From Candidatus Bathyarchaeia archaeon (lineage in GTDB: Archaea; Thermoproteota; Bathyarchaeia; Bathyarchaeales; Bathycorpusculaceae), in assembly GCA_049521795.1 (NCBI GenBank), contig JBEKOM010000012.1, positions 1 to 59,237 on the forward strand: a DNA stretch of 59,237 nucleotides, read 5' to 3'. How positions within the stretch are numbered: the first letter of the stretch is position 1; each line of letters starts with the position of its first letter. The notes beneath the pieces were generated by a model. That model was not told where the DNA came from, searched no databases, and saw only the letters and a program-made list of their open reading frames with translations. Below are positions 1 through 8,457 of this stretch, piece after piece. Position numbers and translations under genes: made by a program.

Positions 1-1
1 A

Positions 2-967
2 ATTTGCGAAATAACAGGCTATTCATTAGAAGAATTGCTCAAATTAGGTGTAGGTGACATTAATCCTGAGAAAGATTTGCCTTATGTAATTGACAGTTTT
101 GAAAAGCAAAGGCAGGGGAAAGTAGCTCTTTCGAAGGACATTCCTGTTCTGAGAAAAGATGGAAGAGTGCTCTATTGCGATGTTAATTCTAAATCCCTGA
201 AAATTGGAAGCCAAGAATACTTGGTAGGCATATTCAGAGACGTCACTGAAAGCAAAAAAGCGGAGGAGAAGTTAAGACAAAATAGCGATAGAATTGAAAT
301 GATGAATGAGAAGTTACGTGTGGTTGGAGGCTTGTCTAGGCATGATGTTAATAACAAGCTTTCAGCGGTGACTGGATATGCGTATTTGTTGAAGAAGAAG
401 CATGCTGATCAGGCAGACATCGTGGAGGGATTGGGCATGATGGAGCAGGCTGTTAAAGAGGTTGGAAAGATTTTTGATTTCGCTAGACTGTACGAGAAGT
501 TGGGCGTTGAAGAGTTAACTTATGTTGATGTGGAGAAGACCTTAGATGAGGCTGCGGCTCTTTTTTCTGGCTTAACCATTAAGATGGTTAATGGCTGTCA
601 TGGATTAACCGTGCTGGCGGATTCGTTTCTTAGGCAACTATTCTACAATTTCATTGACAACACTAGAAAATACGCCGGGAAAGCCACAGTGGCAAGGGTG
701 TATTATGAAAAAGCAGAGTCGGGTGAGTTGCGGCTGGTTTATGAGGATGACGGCGCAGGCATCTCCGCAGAGAACAAATTGAAACTCTTCACTGAGGGCT
801 TTAGCACTGGGGGTAGCACAGGCTTTGGCTTGTTCTTGATTAGGAAGATGATGGATGTTTATGGCTGGCAAATCCAAGAAACAGGCGAACTAGGCAAAGG
901 AGCACAATTCACCATAAGCATACCCAAGGCTAAACCAGACGGAAGACAAAATTACAAGCCTAGCTGA
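2..967 (+). CDS. PAS-domain sensor histidine kinase (5'-truncated by window edge)
   Basis: Frame is open from base 2 (ICEITGYSLEELL, PAS-like). PAC motif RKDG...GIFRDVTE, H-box RHDVNNKL, N-box NFIDNT, G1 EDDGAGI, G2 GTGFGL-like STGFGLF. Confidence 0.9.
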   Translation: MCEITGYSLEELLKLGVGDINPEKDLPYVIDSFEKQRQGKVALSKDIPVLRKDGRVLYCDVNSKSLKIGSQEYLVGIFRDVTESKKAEEKLRQNSDRIEMMNEKLRVVGGLSRHDVNNKLSAVTGYAYLLKKKHADQADIVEGLGMMEQAVKEVGKIFDFARLYEKLGVEELTYVDVEKTLDEAAALFSGLTIKMVNGCHGLTVLADSFLRQLFYNFIDNTRKYAGKATVARVYYEKAESGELRLVYEDDGAGISAENKLKLFTEGFSTGGSTGFGLFLIRKMMDVYGWQIQETGELGKGAQFTISIPKAKPDGRQNYKPS

Positions 968-1110
968 ATCCAAGCCTGTTTGGCTACGATTGATATGCCT
1001 TAGTGTTGATTTAACTCCATAAAAAGTCGCAATGGAAGTTCAAACCGCCACATTGAAGGTGGCATATAAACTCTACTCGCGCGCGCAATATTTGAGATCT
1101 ACAGGTAAAT

Positions 1111-1228
1111 TGGTGCGGGGGATGGGGTTTGAACCCACGCAGCCCTGCGGCAACAGGTTTCATGAAGCTCGTGCATCGTCGACGCTTTCCTAAGCCTGTC
1201 TCCTTTGGCCAGACTCGGACACCCCCGC
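1111..1228 (-). tRNA. tRNA-Leu(TAG) with 30-nt intron at 37/38 (1159-1188); CCA encoded
   Basis: Reverse complement gives GCGGGGG acceptor stem, ACAGG/CCTGT anticodon stem with CT-TAG-G loop, long variable arm, GTGGG-TTCAAAC-CCCAT T arm, and ACCA end. Confidence 0.93.
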
Positions 1229-1715
1229 AACAGTGGGCTTCAGGTGTTGAGACTGTGTCTTCTTTTATATTTGTTTAGTTGTTGACTTAAGGAATGCCTA
1301 AAGCATAGGAAACAGTACCTATCCACGTGTGAAGTCAACAAAACGTGATGAGCCTCTTCCTCAATGCTGTTCTAACTGACTGTTGAGATTTCTCGATGGA
1401 ACTTGGCCTCGTCACTGCTCAATTTGCCTCGTCAAGAAAGGACTTGCCTTTCCCTTATCCATTCTTCCGTCTCCCAAGGTCTATGCCACTATTTCTTGCT
1501 CATGGTATTCAAGAATTCTGATACTAAGTTCTATCCAGCACTGGACACATGTTGAACCATTACAAGACTAAAACACTTGCAAATAATGACTTCCTAACCT
1601 GAATGCGGCTACATTATTCCATTCAGCGCCTGTTGCGAAGAATCGGTTCTTGACGTGAAGGGCCGGAAGCCTCAAAACATAAAAAACCGTTCGCTACTAG
1701 TAAGGTGTGCGCAGT

Positions 1716-1792
1716 GCCTCGGTAGCCTAGCCCGGTGGGGCTCCGCCTTGGTAAGGCGGGGGTCGCGGGTTCGAATCCCGCCCGAGGCTCCA
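1716..1792 (+). tRNA. tRNA-Thr(GGT)
   Basis: GCCTCGG/CCGAGGC acceptor, CCGCC-TTGGTAA-GGCGG anticodon arm, GCGGG-TTCGAAT-CCCGC T arm, TCCA end. Confidence 0.96.
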
Positions 1793-1875
1793 TGTCTCTT
1801 TCATAGCGGCTCTCTGCTTCAATCCGCAAATCTCAAATAACCTTCACTCGTTTAATTCGTAAGAGTGATCGTGTC

Positions 1876-2118
1876 ATGAGTACTGAGAGAAAGTTCACGC
1901 TGGAAGAACTGAAAAACTACGATGGGAAGGATGGAAGGCCGGCTTACATAGCTTACAAAGGCAACGTCTACGATGTCACTGAAGATTTTCTTTGGGTCGG
2001 AGGTGCCCATCAGGGTGAGCACGCGGCTGGGAGAGATTTGACCGAAGAGATGACGCTAGCGCCTCACGGAGACGATGTTGTTGAAAGGGTTAAGCTCGTC
2101 GGCGTCCTCGTGAAATAG
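1876..2118 (+). CDS. cytochrome b5-like heme/steroid-binding domain protein
   Basis: FTLEEL..YDGKDGRPAYIAYKGNVYDVT, H..GRDLT, APHG motifs. Confidence 0.9.
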   Translation: MSTERKFTLEELKNYDGKDGRPAYIAYKGNVYDVTEDFLWVGGAHQGEHAAGRDLTEEMTLAPHGDDVVERVKLVGVLVK

Positions 2119-2239
2119 CGGTGTAAACTGATAGCCTAGGCTGAAATCTTTTTTGTTACGGGGCGGAACCTTCCATGCGCTTCGATTAAACAATTTATAT
2201 ATGGACAGTAAGCAATGAAGATAGAGAGGGAATTGGTTA

Positions 2240-2938
2240 TTGCCCCTTGATCCCTTAACCATCACACTGATCGCCGTAGGGGCAATCATCGCCTGTGTAA
2301 TCGTGATTTTCGGGATGAGAAGGCGGCCGAAGAAGGAGAAGACCTCCAAAGAGGCAATAGTTCCACCTGAACTTAGAGGCTACCCCTTCAAAGTCGTTAA
2401 GAGTGTTCCAACAGAAGACGCTTCACACGCTAGGAACGAGCTGCGAATATTGGACTTGGAGAGGGAAATCCTGAGCGACGCTATCCGAAGGCTGTACGAG
2501 GCTCATGCCGAAGGAAAAATAACTGAAGAAGAGAGGGAGAGACTTGCACAGACGTACAAGTCCAGAATGATGACCGTGAAGGACGCTATTTCGAAGGACG
2601 AGTCTCTGGTTGCTCTGCATGAGCTTGAAACTATGCAGGCAGACCTGATGAAACTGTTCAGCGACCGCTTCGACGAGCTCACCTCAAAAATCGATGAACT
2701 GCGCTCCAAAACAGATCTAATGCCGATAAAGGAGATGGCTGTCACACCTCAAACTGCAGAAGCCGAGACATCTGGTTCGGAGGAGAAAGCTGGCGCCGAG
2801 GAGAAGGCCAAGAGAAAGAAGAAGCAAGCGCCTGCCAAGGCCAGCCCGAGAACTGAAGCTGAAAAAAGGATAGAGGAAATTCGGTCAGAAGTGGAAAAGG
2901 TTCTAGACAGGCTGGGGCAGATGGAGATTGAATCCTAA
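2240..2938 (+). CDS. membrane-anchored coiled-coil hypothetical protein
   Basis: N-terminal hydrophobic helix followed by RRRPKK, then heptad-rich helices; overlaps the rpiA start. Confidence 0.75.
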   Translation: MPLDPLTITLIAVGAIIACVIVIFGMRRRPKKEKTSKEAIVPPELRGYPFKVVKSVPTEDASHARNELRILDLEREILSDAIRRLYEAHAEGKITEEERERLAQTYKSRMMTVKDAISKDESLVALHELETMQADLMKLFSDRFDELTSKIDELRSKTDLMPIKEMAVTPQTAEAETSGSEEKAGAEEKAKRKKKQAPAKASPRTEAEKRIEEIRSEVEKVLDRLGQMEIES

Positions 2939-3635
2939 GAGCGAATGGGCTGAAAAGACCAAGAAAATGGCGGCCCTGGAAGCCGTTAAACACGTGAAGG
3001 ACGGTTTCATCGTGGGTTTGGGAAGCGGAAGCACGGCGGCTTATGCTATTGAAGAGATCGGGAACGAAATTGCGCGCAAGAAACTGCGTGTTCTTGGCGT
3101 TCCAACCTCGTATCAAGCTTTCATGTTTTCCGTCAAGCATGGTATTCCAATGACGACGCTTGATGAGCACCCTGTGTTGGATGTGACGGTTGACGGTGCA
3201 GATCAGGTTGATGTGGACCTGAACCTGATCAAAGGGATGGGCGGGGCTCTGACGCGCGAGAAGATCGTTGCCTGTGCCTCCAAACAGAACATCATCGTTG
3301 CGGATGCGAGTAAAAAGGTTAGAACACTCGGCGAAAACGGTCAGCCAGTGCCCATAGAAGTGTTGCCCTTTGCGGTGCCTTTCGTGATGCGCAGACTGAA
3401 AGAGATCGGTGGAACGCCTGTCATGAGGGAAGGAACGGGAAAAGTTGGGCCCGTTATAACAGACAATGGGAACGTGATCCTTGACGTGGGTTTTGGACTT
3501 ATTCGCAAGCCTGCTGACTTGGTGCGAGAGCTAAAAGCTGTTTCAGGAGTTGTGGAGACGGGGCTCTTTGTTGGAATGGCAGACATAGTGTACATTGGAA
3601 AGAGTTCTGGCGTAGAGAAGTTGAAGAGGGAATAG
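2928..3635 (+). CDS. rpiA: ribose-5-phosphate isomerase A
   Basis: GLGSGST, DGADQVD, IKGMGGALTREKIV, PIEV, TDNGN, GVVETGLF motifs. Confidence 0.97.
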   Translation: MNPKSEWAEKTKKMAALEAVKHVKDGFIVGLGSGSTAAYAIEEIGNEIARKKLRVLGVPTSYQAFMFSVKHGIPMTTLDEHPVLDVTVDGADQVDVDLNLIKGMGGALTREKIVACASKQNIIVADASKKVRTLGENGQPVPIEVLPFAVPFVMRRLKEIGGTPVMREGTGKVGPVITDNGNVILDVGFGLIRKPADLVRELKAVSGVVETGLFVGMADIVYIGKSSGVEKLKRE

Positions 3636-3662
3636 ATTTTTCCGTTCTCGAACTGAGCCTTG

Positions 3663-3971
3663 TCACTTGAATAACGTTTGGAAGCACTCTTTGTGGTAGT
3701 GGCTTCGCTCCACGCCGTCAGAATCTTTGACCGCAACTTGCTGCTCTGGGTCCAATGCGCGTCCACACTTGTCGCACCGCAGCGTGCTTTCTGCATCTTC
3801 ATCTTCCGTGCGCTCTGACCCCATCTGTCGGAGTTCTTCGCATTTGCGCTTCAGTTCCGCAACTCTTCCTTTCAGTTCTTGCAGCCTGCGCATGGTGATT
3901 TCTATCTTCTCTCTTATGTCTGCCTCTTCATCTTCGTCGGTGTGCTCGCCTATCTCCGTTTTTTCCAACAT
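3663..3971 (-). CDS. hypothetical protein, coiled coil plus C-terminal CxxC...HxxC zinc finger
   Basis: CDKCG...HYHKEC motif; charged helical N-terminus. Confidence 0.65.
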   Translation of the reverse strand: MLEKTEIGEHTDEDEEADIREKIEITMRRLQELKGRVAELKRKCEELRQMGSERTEDEDAESTLRCDKCGRALDPEQQVAVKDSDGVERSHYHKECFQTLFK

Positions 3972-4221
3972 CTTACTACGCCTTCTTTAACGCATACATG
4001 GTATCTTAATATATAATACTTTATTCTGTGACCGCAATATTCCCAAAAAAGAAAGCCTTACGAGAAGATGTGCGGAGCCAGCGATGCCTACCAAGGAATT
4101 GTGACTTCAAACGGGACAAAAGCCGTTCTCTGAACAAAGATAGGTAAAGTTTCGAGAAAAGTGAAGAACCAAATACCCTTAAATCAAGGCTTAGCTAATC
4201 CAAATTTGCCGAGGCAGGACG

Positions 4222-4242
4222 GCCGGGGTAGCCTAGCCTGGC
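4222..4242 (+). repeat. tRNA 5'-end fragment; imperfect direct repeat of 5726-5746 (att-like)
   Basis: GCCGGGGTAGCCTAGCCTGGC vs GCCGGGGTAGCATAGCTTGGC, 19/21 identical; no remainder of a tRNA follows. Confidence 0.7.
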
Positions 4243-4437
4243 GCGCGCGCTCAGTGGCATCCCTAATCAACTCTTTGTACTCTTCAACCTTTTTTATAAC
4301 ATACTCTTTAGATAACCGCTCCAAGAACGTCACTTTACTATTTTGATTAATCCTCAGGGTTTTATGGGCGACTCGGTATTAAAAGTTGCTTTCCTAGTTT
4401 GAACCATGCAGTACAAGCACAGAAATCTTAAATCTGA

Positions 4438-4680
4438 CTAAATATAGCCGTGTTGTTGACATGCCTTGTAAAGTTCTTGGAAAAGAGTGTTCTTTCTAGG
4501 GTCTTGGAAAGGGGTGCTTTGATAGATAGAAAACAAACCTTGAAGAACGGTTTTCTTCAGTCCACTTGACCGAATCATCCCTATGACCCAATTTAGGTTT
4601 TTTTCTCCTCTCAGATAAGAATCCATGGAACCCATCACATATTTTTCGACTATTTGTTCTGCAGATTTCACTTTAACCAT
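4438..4680 (-). CDS. hypothetical protein (island cargo)
   Basis: 80-aa ORF with ATG start and GAGGTGG SD-like sequence upstream on the minus strand. Confidence 0.6.
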   Translation of the reverse strand: MVKVKSAEQIVEKYVMGSMDSYLRGEKNLNWVIGMIRSSGLKKTVLQGLFSIYQSTPFQDPRKNTLFQELYKACQQHGYI

Positions 4681-4877
4681 TTATCCCACCTCTATTAATA
4701 CTTAATATTTCATATGTACTGCCATAGTTCACCTAATATATTTTGCCATCACATGCCGTACAAAAGGCTCTAGTCAAGCTGAAAGAGGATTAGTAGAAAA
4801 CTTAAATCTACATGGCAATAGAAGACAGACTAGAGGCGTCTTCAAACCGAATAAAATGTGAAAGGAGGTGAGGTACG

Positions 4878-5249
4878 GTGGTGTTGATTATGGTGACTTC
4901 GTGGTATCCGCCTAGCAAGGCAACTGAGGTTGCGAAGAAATATGTTGAAGTTATGCTGAAAATTCCTCAGGAATTCTTTGAAAAACCGCTTGTACAAGCG
5001 GCTTGCATGTCAGATAAAGATGGCATAGTAGCCATAAGCATCAATAAGGTTGCACAAGGAAAATATGAAGAAGCATTCAATCTTATCGTTAGGCGTATGG
5101 TTATGTTCTATGAAATCGAGGGATTCAGGTTCAAATTGGAGAATCTTCTGACAGTGGAAGAAAGTATGCCATTATTTGGAGTAGTTCCATTATCCACGAC
5201 AGAAAAGGCTTTACACGATGGAAAAGAGACTATGAGAAAGAAGGGATAA
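4878..5249 (+). CDS. hypothetical protein, probable ferredoxin-like/dimeric alpha-beta barrel fold
   Basis: Strong SD (GGAGGTGA) upstream; beta-alpha-beta-beta-alpha-beta pattern. Fold is inferred. Confidence 0.65.
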   Translation: MVLIMVTSWYPPSKATEVAKKYVEVMLKIPQEFFEKPLVQAACMSDKDGIVAISINKVAQGKYEEAFNLIVRRMVMFYEIEGFRFKLENLLTVEESMPLFGVVPLSTTEKALHDGKETMRKKG

Positions 5250-5252
5250 CTC

Positions 5253-5411
5253 ATAGAGCCAGAAGTTCACATAATCGAGAAGTATTTTCAAGAAATCATG
5301 CATTGCTTTACTATGACTAACATCAAGCTGAAAGACCGAGAGGCAAAAGAGAAAAACCTTTATTCAAAACAAAGAATACTGCTTGGACATGGCTATCGGC
5401 TATACAGTTGA
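5253..5411 (+). pseudogene. possible N-terminal remnant of a PD-(D/E)XK nuclease-like gene
   Basis: Frame reads (I)EPEVHIIEKYFQEIMHCFTMTNIKL, starting at ATA and stopping after 52 codons; family resemblance is from memory only. Confidence 0.3.
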
Positions 5412-5417
5412 TTGCAT

Positions 5418-5740
5418 TTACAAGGGTTTCATTGCCGCTAGGGTGTTTCTGAACGTGTAAGGGTTCGAGACACTCAGGAAATCTTTAACAGCTTGAACGA
5501 ATCTAGGCTCTCCAAGTGTCATTTGGACCCCGTAGATTTTCTTGAGAAACGCTTTTGCGATTCTCAGGTATTCGTATCTCACTTTTTCGGAAACCTTGCC
5601 TTTCAGGTACTCCTCAAAGGCATCTAGGAAAACTTGTTCCTGATTCGGAATAGAACCGCTAATCTTTCCCAACAGAACGCCTTCGAATAGCTTTTTAGGG
5701 TCTTCAATGTTTATGGGTTGCTGTTGCCGGGGTAGCATAG
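5418..5740 (-). pseudogene. truncated tyrosine-integrase-like N-terminal (SAM-like/core-binding) fragment
   Basis: LDAFEEYLKGKVSEKVRYEYLRIAKAFL...FRNTLAAMK helical pattern; frame continues antisense through tRNA-Met (ORF 5418-5897); no catalytic domain. Confidence 0.45.
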
Positions 5741-5861
5741 CTTGGCATTGCGTGACCTCCGTGTCGGGGTCAGACGAAGCCAGACTCATAATCTGGAGAA
5801 CAAACGGGGCAAACGCCCAATGGTCCAGAGGTCGCGGGCTCGAATCCCGCCCCCGGCACCA
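5726..5861 (+). tRNA. elongator tRNA-Met(CAT) with introns at 25/26 (5752-5778) and 45/46 (5799-5830)
   Basis: Removing 27+32 nt leaves a 77-nt cloverleaf: GCCGGGG/CCCCGGC, CCAGA-CTCATAA-TCTGG, GCGGG-CTCGAAT-CCCGC, ACCA. Junctions are BHB-like. Confidence 0.88.
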
Positions 5862-5893
5862 CTGAGAGCACGTCGCTACCTCCAAAGTCGGTG

Positions 5894-7057
5894 TCATTGA
5901 AGGATGGTAATGGATGTGTGGGCTCTAGTTGATATTTCGAGTTGGTCGCCGAACCCCTTTTTTGCGTAGGCGTCTTTGACGATTATCTTGTCGCCCAGCT
6001 TGAGGCGACCTGCGATGTCTGCTTGTTTTCGCCATGCAGAGACACATATTCTGCCGGTTTGATCCTGGAGTTCGAACGTTGCCAGCTTCAGAAGTTCTCC
6101 CTTAGCAGTTTTTACGTCTCTGAGCATTGGTTTCGTGGCGACTTCCCCTTCAACTGCAAAACCGCTCTGGCCATCTTTCACATCAGCTATGCTTAAGAGC
6201 TCCTCATCCTGCCCCAGTGGGCCGGCGTGAGTGGCAGCATCAACGTGAACTTCCAAACCTTCTCTTCCTAGGGTTTTTTTGACCTTTGCGTTCACTATTT
6301 TCAGTCTGGCATCGACCAGAAGCGTCTTTTCTAGTTCAACAGCCTTTTCGTTCCAAGCCACGACTGGCACCTCACCGGTGTGATCGCTTAGCACGAAATG
6401 AATTACTCTTCCCTGACTTGAGTCTCCCCTCTGAAAACTTGACGCAGGAAATGTTTTCTTGACCGTGCCGATGATGTTTATTCTCTTGTTCTTGTGGCTT
6501 GCGTTCAGTTCCCCGATTGTTGTCATAAATTTCCCGATGCCGGGGTAATCCTTCGTTTCCAACCCTTGCGGATTGACCTCAATCTCGCATTTGTCTCCAG
6601 TGTGCAGTTCTACTTTTCTGCTGAGGTCTTCTCGTGTGTAGCCGTGAGAAAACCGTACAACCTGACCTACGCTTATTTCGCCAGATTCAACCAGGTTCGC
6701 CTTGTCGTTCCACAAGACAACTCGCAAGATGCAGCTCTTGTCGGCGATGAGCAGGCTCGCAAACTTTCCTTTTTTTGTTCCCTCAAAGGCTTTAGGAGCG
6801 AAGGTTGCGAGAACGCGTCCAACAGCGGTGACGTTGTTTAGACCAGGAATCAGGTCTGCCAGCGACAGGGAAGGGACAGGGTTCTCACCTCTTGAGATCG
6901 TGCAGCCGAACTCGGCGGCAATCATGCTCAGAAGGGTTTCGTCTGTAATGAAGCGGCCAGTTTTCCGCTTTTCTTTGTCAAGTCTATCCAGAATTTGGTC
7001 TGTTGAAATCCATGGACATGCCGTACGGATCTGTCCGATGATCTCCTCGGTCTTCAT
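5894..7057 (-). CDS. rpa: replication protein A (multi-OB-fold ssDNA-binding protein)
   Basis: Three OB repeats (D.tg.i.v..W motifs: LRVVLWN, DHTGEVPVVAWN, DQTGRICVSAWR); start placed at MKTEE. Confidence 0.88.
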   Translation of the reverse strand: MKTEEIIGQIRTACPWISTDQILDRLDKEKRKTGRFITDETLLSMIAAEFGCTISRGENPVPSLSLADLIPGLNNVTAVGRVLATFAPKAFEGTKKGKFASLLIADKSCILRVVLWNDKANLVESGEISVGQVVRFSHGYTREDLSRKVELHTGDKCEIEVNPQGLETKDYPGIGKFMTTIGELNASHKNKRINIIGTVKKTFPASSFQRGDSSQGRVIHFVLSDHTGEVPVVAWNEKAVELEKTLLVDARLKIVNAKVKKTLGREGLEVHVDAATHAGPLGQDEELLSIADVKDGQSGFAVEGEVATKPMLRDVKTAKGELLKLATFELQDQTGRICVSAWRKQADIAGRLKLGDKIIVKDAYAKKGFGDQLEISTRAHTSITILQ

Positions 7058-7179
7058 TTCGGTTCCAGCATAGCTCAGGCTGACAGACAACTGATGCTAA
7101 AAGACTTTTTAAAGCCATTGACGATTTTCAACGTGCAAGGGGCGCGCGCGACACTAAATAGGATGAATAGGGAGGCCGT

Positions 7180-7296
7180 CTATTCCTGTTTCTCTTCTTT
7201 GCCGTAGAACAGGTCCAAAAATACCAGAACGAGGACAACGAACGTCGCCGTCATGAGCATGTAAATGATTAATTGGAAGTATGCTCCTATGTCCAT
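7180..7296 (-). CDS. 38-aa single-pass membrane protein
   Basis: MDIGAYFQLIIYMLMTATFVVLVLVFLDLFYGKEEKQE*; AAGGAG SD upstream; below the ORF-track cutoff. Confidence 0.6.
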   Translation of the reverse strand: MDIGAYFQLIIYMLMTATFVVLVLVFLDLFYGKEEKQE

Positions 7297-7337
7297 GGAA
7301 ACGTTCTCCTTTCGCGAATCTATTTGAGTTTAAGTAT

Positions 7338-7748
7338 TTAAGCAGTAGCTTTTTTCCATTCGTTCATGAGTGATTCGTACAGCTCGTCGTGCTCCTCTAT
7401 GGCCTCGTACCAGTCTAGATTTTTGGCAAGCTTCTGTGCGATGAGATGATAACACAGGTGCACTTCTCTATCTAACACTCGGAAGTAGAAGTCGTCGCAT
7501 GTGCAGAACTCAGCTTCAGGCATTATGAGGTAGTCGCGCTCCCTTCCCACGACGATCCAGACTGTTTTGCCGCTGGGCTTGAAAACATACTTTTTCACCC
7601 TGTTTTCTTTCAAGGCTTCGAAGGCTCTCGTGAACCTTTGACCAAAAATCTCGTAGAGACTCGTCAGGTTCTTACCGGTCAGCTTGCCTTCTGTCTTTGC
7701 TTTCTTGCAGACGCTGTTGAGTGTGTCGATTTCCGATTTTTTATCCAT
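7338..7748 (-). CDS. SWIM zinc-finger protein
   Basis: FCTCDDFYFR...LCYHLIA (CxC...CxH). Confidence 0.85.
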   Translation of the reverse strand: MDKKSEIDTLNSVCKKAKTEGKLTGKNLTSLYEIFGQRFTRAFEALKENRVKKYVFKPSGKTVWIVVGRERDYLIMPEAEFCTCDDFYFRVLDREVHLCYHLIAQKLAKNLDWYEAIEEHDELYESLMNEWKKATA

Positions 7749-7798
7749 GCCGGGTGAACTGCCTACGTGGTTCTGATAAGCTGAAAAGTGTGAAGGAA

Positions 7799-8398
7799 TC
7801 AGTCTACGTGTATTGGTTCACCTTTGGAGTGTCTCTCGTCAGTGACTTTGGGAAACGTGACCTCCAACACGCCGTTCTTGTACCCTGTTTTTGCTTCTCT
7901 TACCTTTATCTTCACTGGCAACTTGACCTCTTTGTAATACTTGCGTTCCGGAGCATCGACTGCTATGGTCAACGAGTCTTCTGTCCCGCTGAGTTTGATG
8001 TCCTTCTTATCAACGCCTGGCAGTTCTACCACAACGTGAACTTCACCGTTTGTTTCAACAATGTCCACCAGCGGCTCGCGTTCTTCCTGCACCTGGGGGA
8101 GCCCGTGCCTCGTCGGCTTGACGTTTCCAAACTCGTGGGCCTCAGGCTTTCCATCTGGACCTATCTTTACGCTGTAGCCATAGACGAAAGGTCCCAGTTC
8201 ACGCGCAGTCGAGCCGTCTGGAAGCTTGCGTTCTCTGACGTAGTCCTTCGGGATTCTTGAAGAGAACGTCTTGAACTCTTGTTCCATCATTTTCTCCATC
8301 TCTTCAAACATCTTGTCGATATCGTCAAAACCCCAGCTTCTAGAGAATGGAGAACGTTTCCTCCTGAGCCACTCTGGGGAATCGTCTTCTGATGACAT
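7799..8398 (-). CDS. hsp20: archaeal small heat shock protein Hsp20
   Basis: GPFVYGYSVKIGPDGKP, EPLVD, ELPGV, YKNGVLEV, terminal IHV motif. Confidence 0.95.
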   Translation of the reverse strand: MSSEDDSPEWLRRKRSPFSRSWGFDDIDKMFEEMEKMMEQEFKTFSSRIPKDYVRERKLPDGSTARELGPFVYGYSVKIGPDGKPEAHEFGNVKPTRHGLPQVQEEREPLVDIVETNGEVHVVVELPGVDKKDIKLSGTEDSLTIAVDAPERKYYKEVKLPVKIKVREAKTGYKNGVLEVTFPKVTDERHSKGEPIHVD

Positions 8399-8457
8399 TC
8401 CATCACCGAGTTAGTGTGAAGAATACCTTTCTCTATAAGTCTTATGCACGCTTTTCT

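Larger units (their letters stand above)
4222..5746. mobile_element. decayed integrated element at the 5' end of tRNA-Met
   Basis: Bounded by tRNA 5'-end repeats, visibly AT-richer than its flanks, with orphan ORFs and truncated integrase-like and nuclease-like fragments. Confidence 0.55.

Noticed and set aside
1383-1571. 62-aa ORF between tRNA-Leu and tRNA-Thr
   Set aside because: No motif, SD or other coding signal.
1623-1840. ORFs 1623-1829 (-) and 1655-1840 (+)
   Set aside because: Shadow translations of tRNA-Thr (e.g. AGFEPATP); no integrase-like continuation seen.
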